Positions 62,495 through 64,000 of a DNA stretch of 64,000 nucleotides are shown here, piece after piece (the first letter of the stretch is position 1; every line of letters starts with the position of its first letter). The notes under the pieces are model-generated. The model was not told the DNA's origin and did not search any database. It saw only the letters and a program-made list of their open reading frames with translations. The position numbers were made by a program, and so were the translations under genes. Source of the DNA: Sphaerodactylus townsendi (Eukaryota). The DNA is taken from positions 18,538,001-18,602,000 of the forward strand of contig NC_059433.1 of the NCBI RefSeq assembly GCF_021028975.2, read 5' to 3'.

Positions 62495-62652
62495 CAGGGG
62501 TCTTCAACCTGCGGCTCTCCAGATGTTCATGGACTACAATTCCCATCAGCCACTGCCACCATGGCTGATGGGAAATGTAGTCCATGAACATCTGGGGCTG
62601 ATGGGAATTGTAGTCCATGAACATCTGGAGAGCCGCAGGTTGAAGACCCCTG
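62495..62652. mobile_element. Palindromic hAT MITE with internal duplication of the right arm
   Basis: TIR CAGGGGTCTTCAACCTGCGGCTCTCC; perfect TSD TTCTAGAG. Confidence 0.9.
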
Positions 62653-64000
62653 TTCTAGAGAAAAGGCCCACTAAAACAGGCAAGCAGCCAAACAAACATT
62701 GAAGAGGATGAGATCAGACAGGACAGAGAAAGATGAGTATACTGAGAAGGTAGCCAGCAGCATGAACTGATCACAGTTACCTGAGCACAGCCACGGATTC
62801 CAATGCTAACCACACTAATAGTCTAGCACACTGTCCCATCTCCAGTCTGTCTTGCTTTCTCCCTAACATTGGGACAGGGCTTCCAGCTTCACTGCTGGAT
62901 TTTAGCCAAACCTTTTTCGAAACATTTTTAGTCTCCTCATATAACTAAACATGTTTCATCCAAATGCAGTAACTTTAATCTTTGAACGTGGGCACCATTG
63001 GAACATGCAGATGCCACCAAAACAGGTTGGCATATCCCAATCATCCCTTAAACAATACCTACTTGGTATTCCATGCAAAAAGGAAGTAAAAGGGTAGTTT
63101 TTACCACCTCTCTCATTGACAACCAGTTTAGGTTTCAGATGCAGCATCACTCTTCCCTTGGATAGACACAATAGCAATTCCAAATGATTTTTGCTTAGGC
63201 GGCAGCACCATGTTCCTTGGCGGTAGAAAATAAATCTTTAACAACATTGCAAAGTTGTCTTCACCACCACTAAGGAAAATGAACCTTTTCCTTTCACCAC
63301 TTGAACAAACGCCATGGGAAAGCTCTATTCAGGCTACCAAATCAGTAGAAAGGAAAAGAAGAATCTAATTATTTTAGAAAATTTCTTCCATTTTTATCCC
63401 ACCCCTCCTGAGAAGAATGTAAGATGTACACAGGTCTCTTTGAACCTGTGTCTACCTTGGGTACTGTTTAAGGCAGACTGGCTATACTGATTATTTATCC
63501 CATATTCCCTTCAACACAACTGACAAATGGATCAGCAGGAAAAAACTCACCTGAGAGGCACAAAACAGAGATGATAAATACCGCCACACAAAATGACATG
63601 GATGCTTTAATAAAGTCTTTACGAAATATGCAATTACCACCTATTTATTACCTTCTAGTGTCAAGGTACAGTCAATGAATATCAGGCTACAGTGCCGCTA
63701 AATGAAGCAAAAAGCCATTGAACTTAATACATGTAAAAATTGCCATTTGAAACAGTGGTTATTTTCTCTTCGCTGCCCCAGTTATTAACAGTAACCAGCC
63801 ATTTTCAGTAGAGTACAGCAATCATGGCAAAGAGGCAATGGAAAATGTATGCTGTCAAAAATGGAATTCTGCACAGTGCTCTTGCTCTTTTACAAATTGT
63901 AAAAGAGACACAGTACATATTGTAGAAACAATAAATGCAAACTATTTTTCCTGGACAATTACTCAGGGTAGCAGTCCCAAGAAGTGTTTGATGGAAATTC

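Larger units (their letters stand above)
34023..64000 (-). other. DTNBP1: Long DTNBP1 intron (intron 7 equivalent), >=30 kb; upstream exons not found in window
   Basis: No further dysbindin peptide seen. The expected short upstream exon (KELE.FK) was not found by eye and could have been missed. Confidence 0.7.

Overview
Vertebrate genomic DNA, most likely a squamate reptile and probably a gecko (inferred from the repeat families). The window holds the 3' parts of two convergent genes. JARID2 (+ strand) contributes its last ten coding exons (7885..28517; 1308 nt, 435 aa in one frame when spliced), covering the inactive JmjC domain and C5HC2 zinc finger, plus a ~1.75 kb 3'UTR. DTNBP1/dysbindin (- strand) contributes its last three coding exons (34022..31705), one with a GC-AG intron; a >=30 kb intron apparently fills the rest of the window. 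The poly(A) signals of the two genes are ~1.27 kb apart. The introns are packed with transposon relics: tRNA-derived Squam3-like SINEs, 5S-derived SINEs, CR1/L2/RTE-X/Penelope fragments, many hAT, Harbinger, Tc1-mariner and one piggyBac-like MITE, and a probable solo LTR. There are three N gaps. Most ORFs in the supplied track are spurious or repeat-derived. The most interesting observations are (1) a palindromic MITE core that appears with at least six different hAT termini, three matching other hAT families in this window, alongside a template-switch footprint that could explain the end swapping; (2) a candidate recursive splice site in the long DTNBP1 intron; (3) a poly-Gly expansion and an apparent TCA->TAA stop shift in JARID2; and (4) sense SINE (CTT)n tails forming cryptic 3' splice sites. 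Exon numbers and comparisons to human proteins are from recall, not from a database search.
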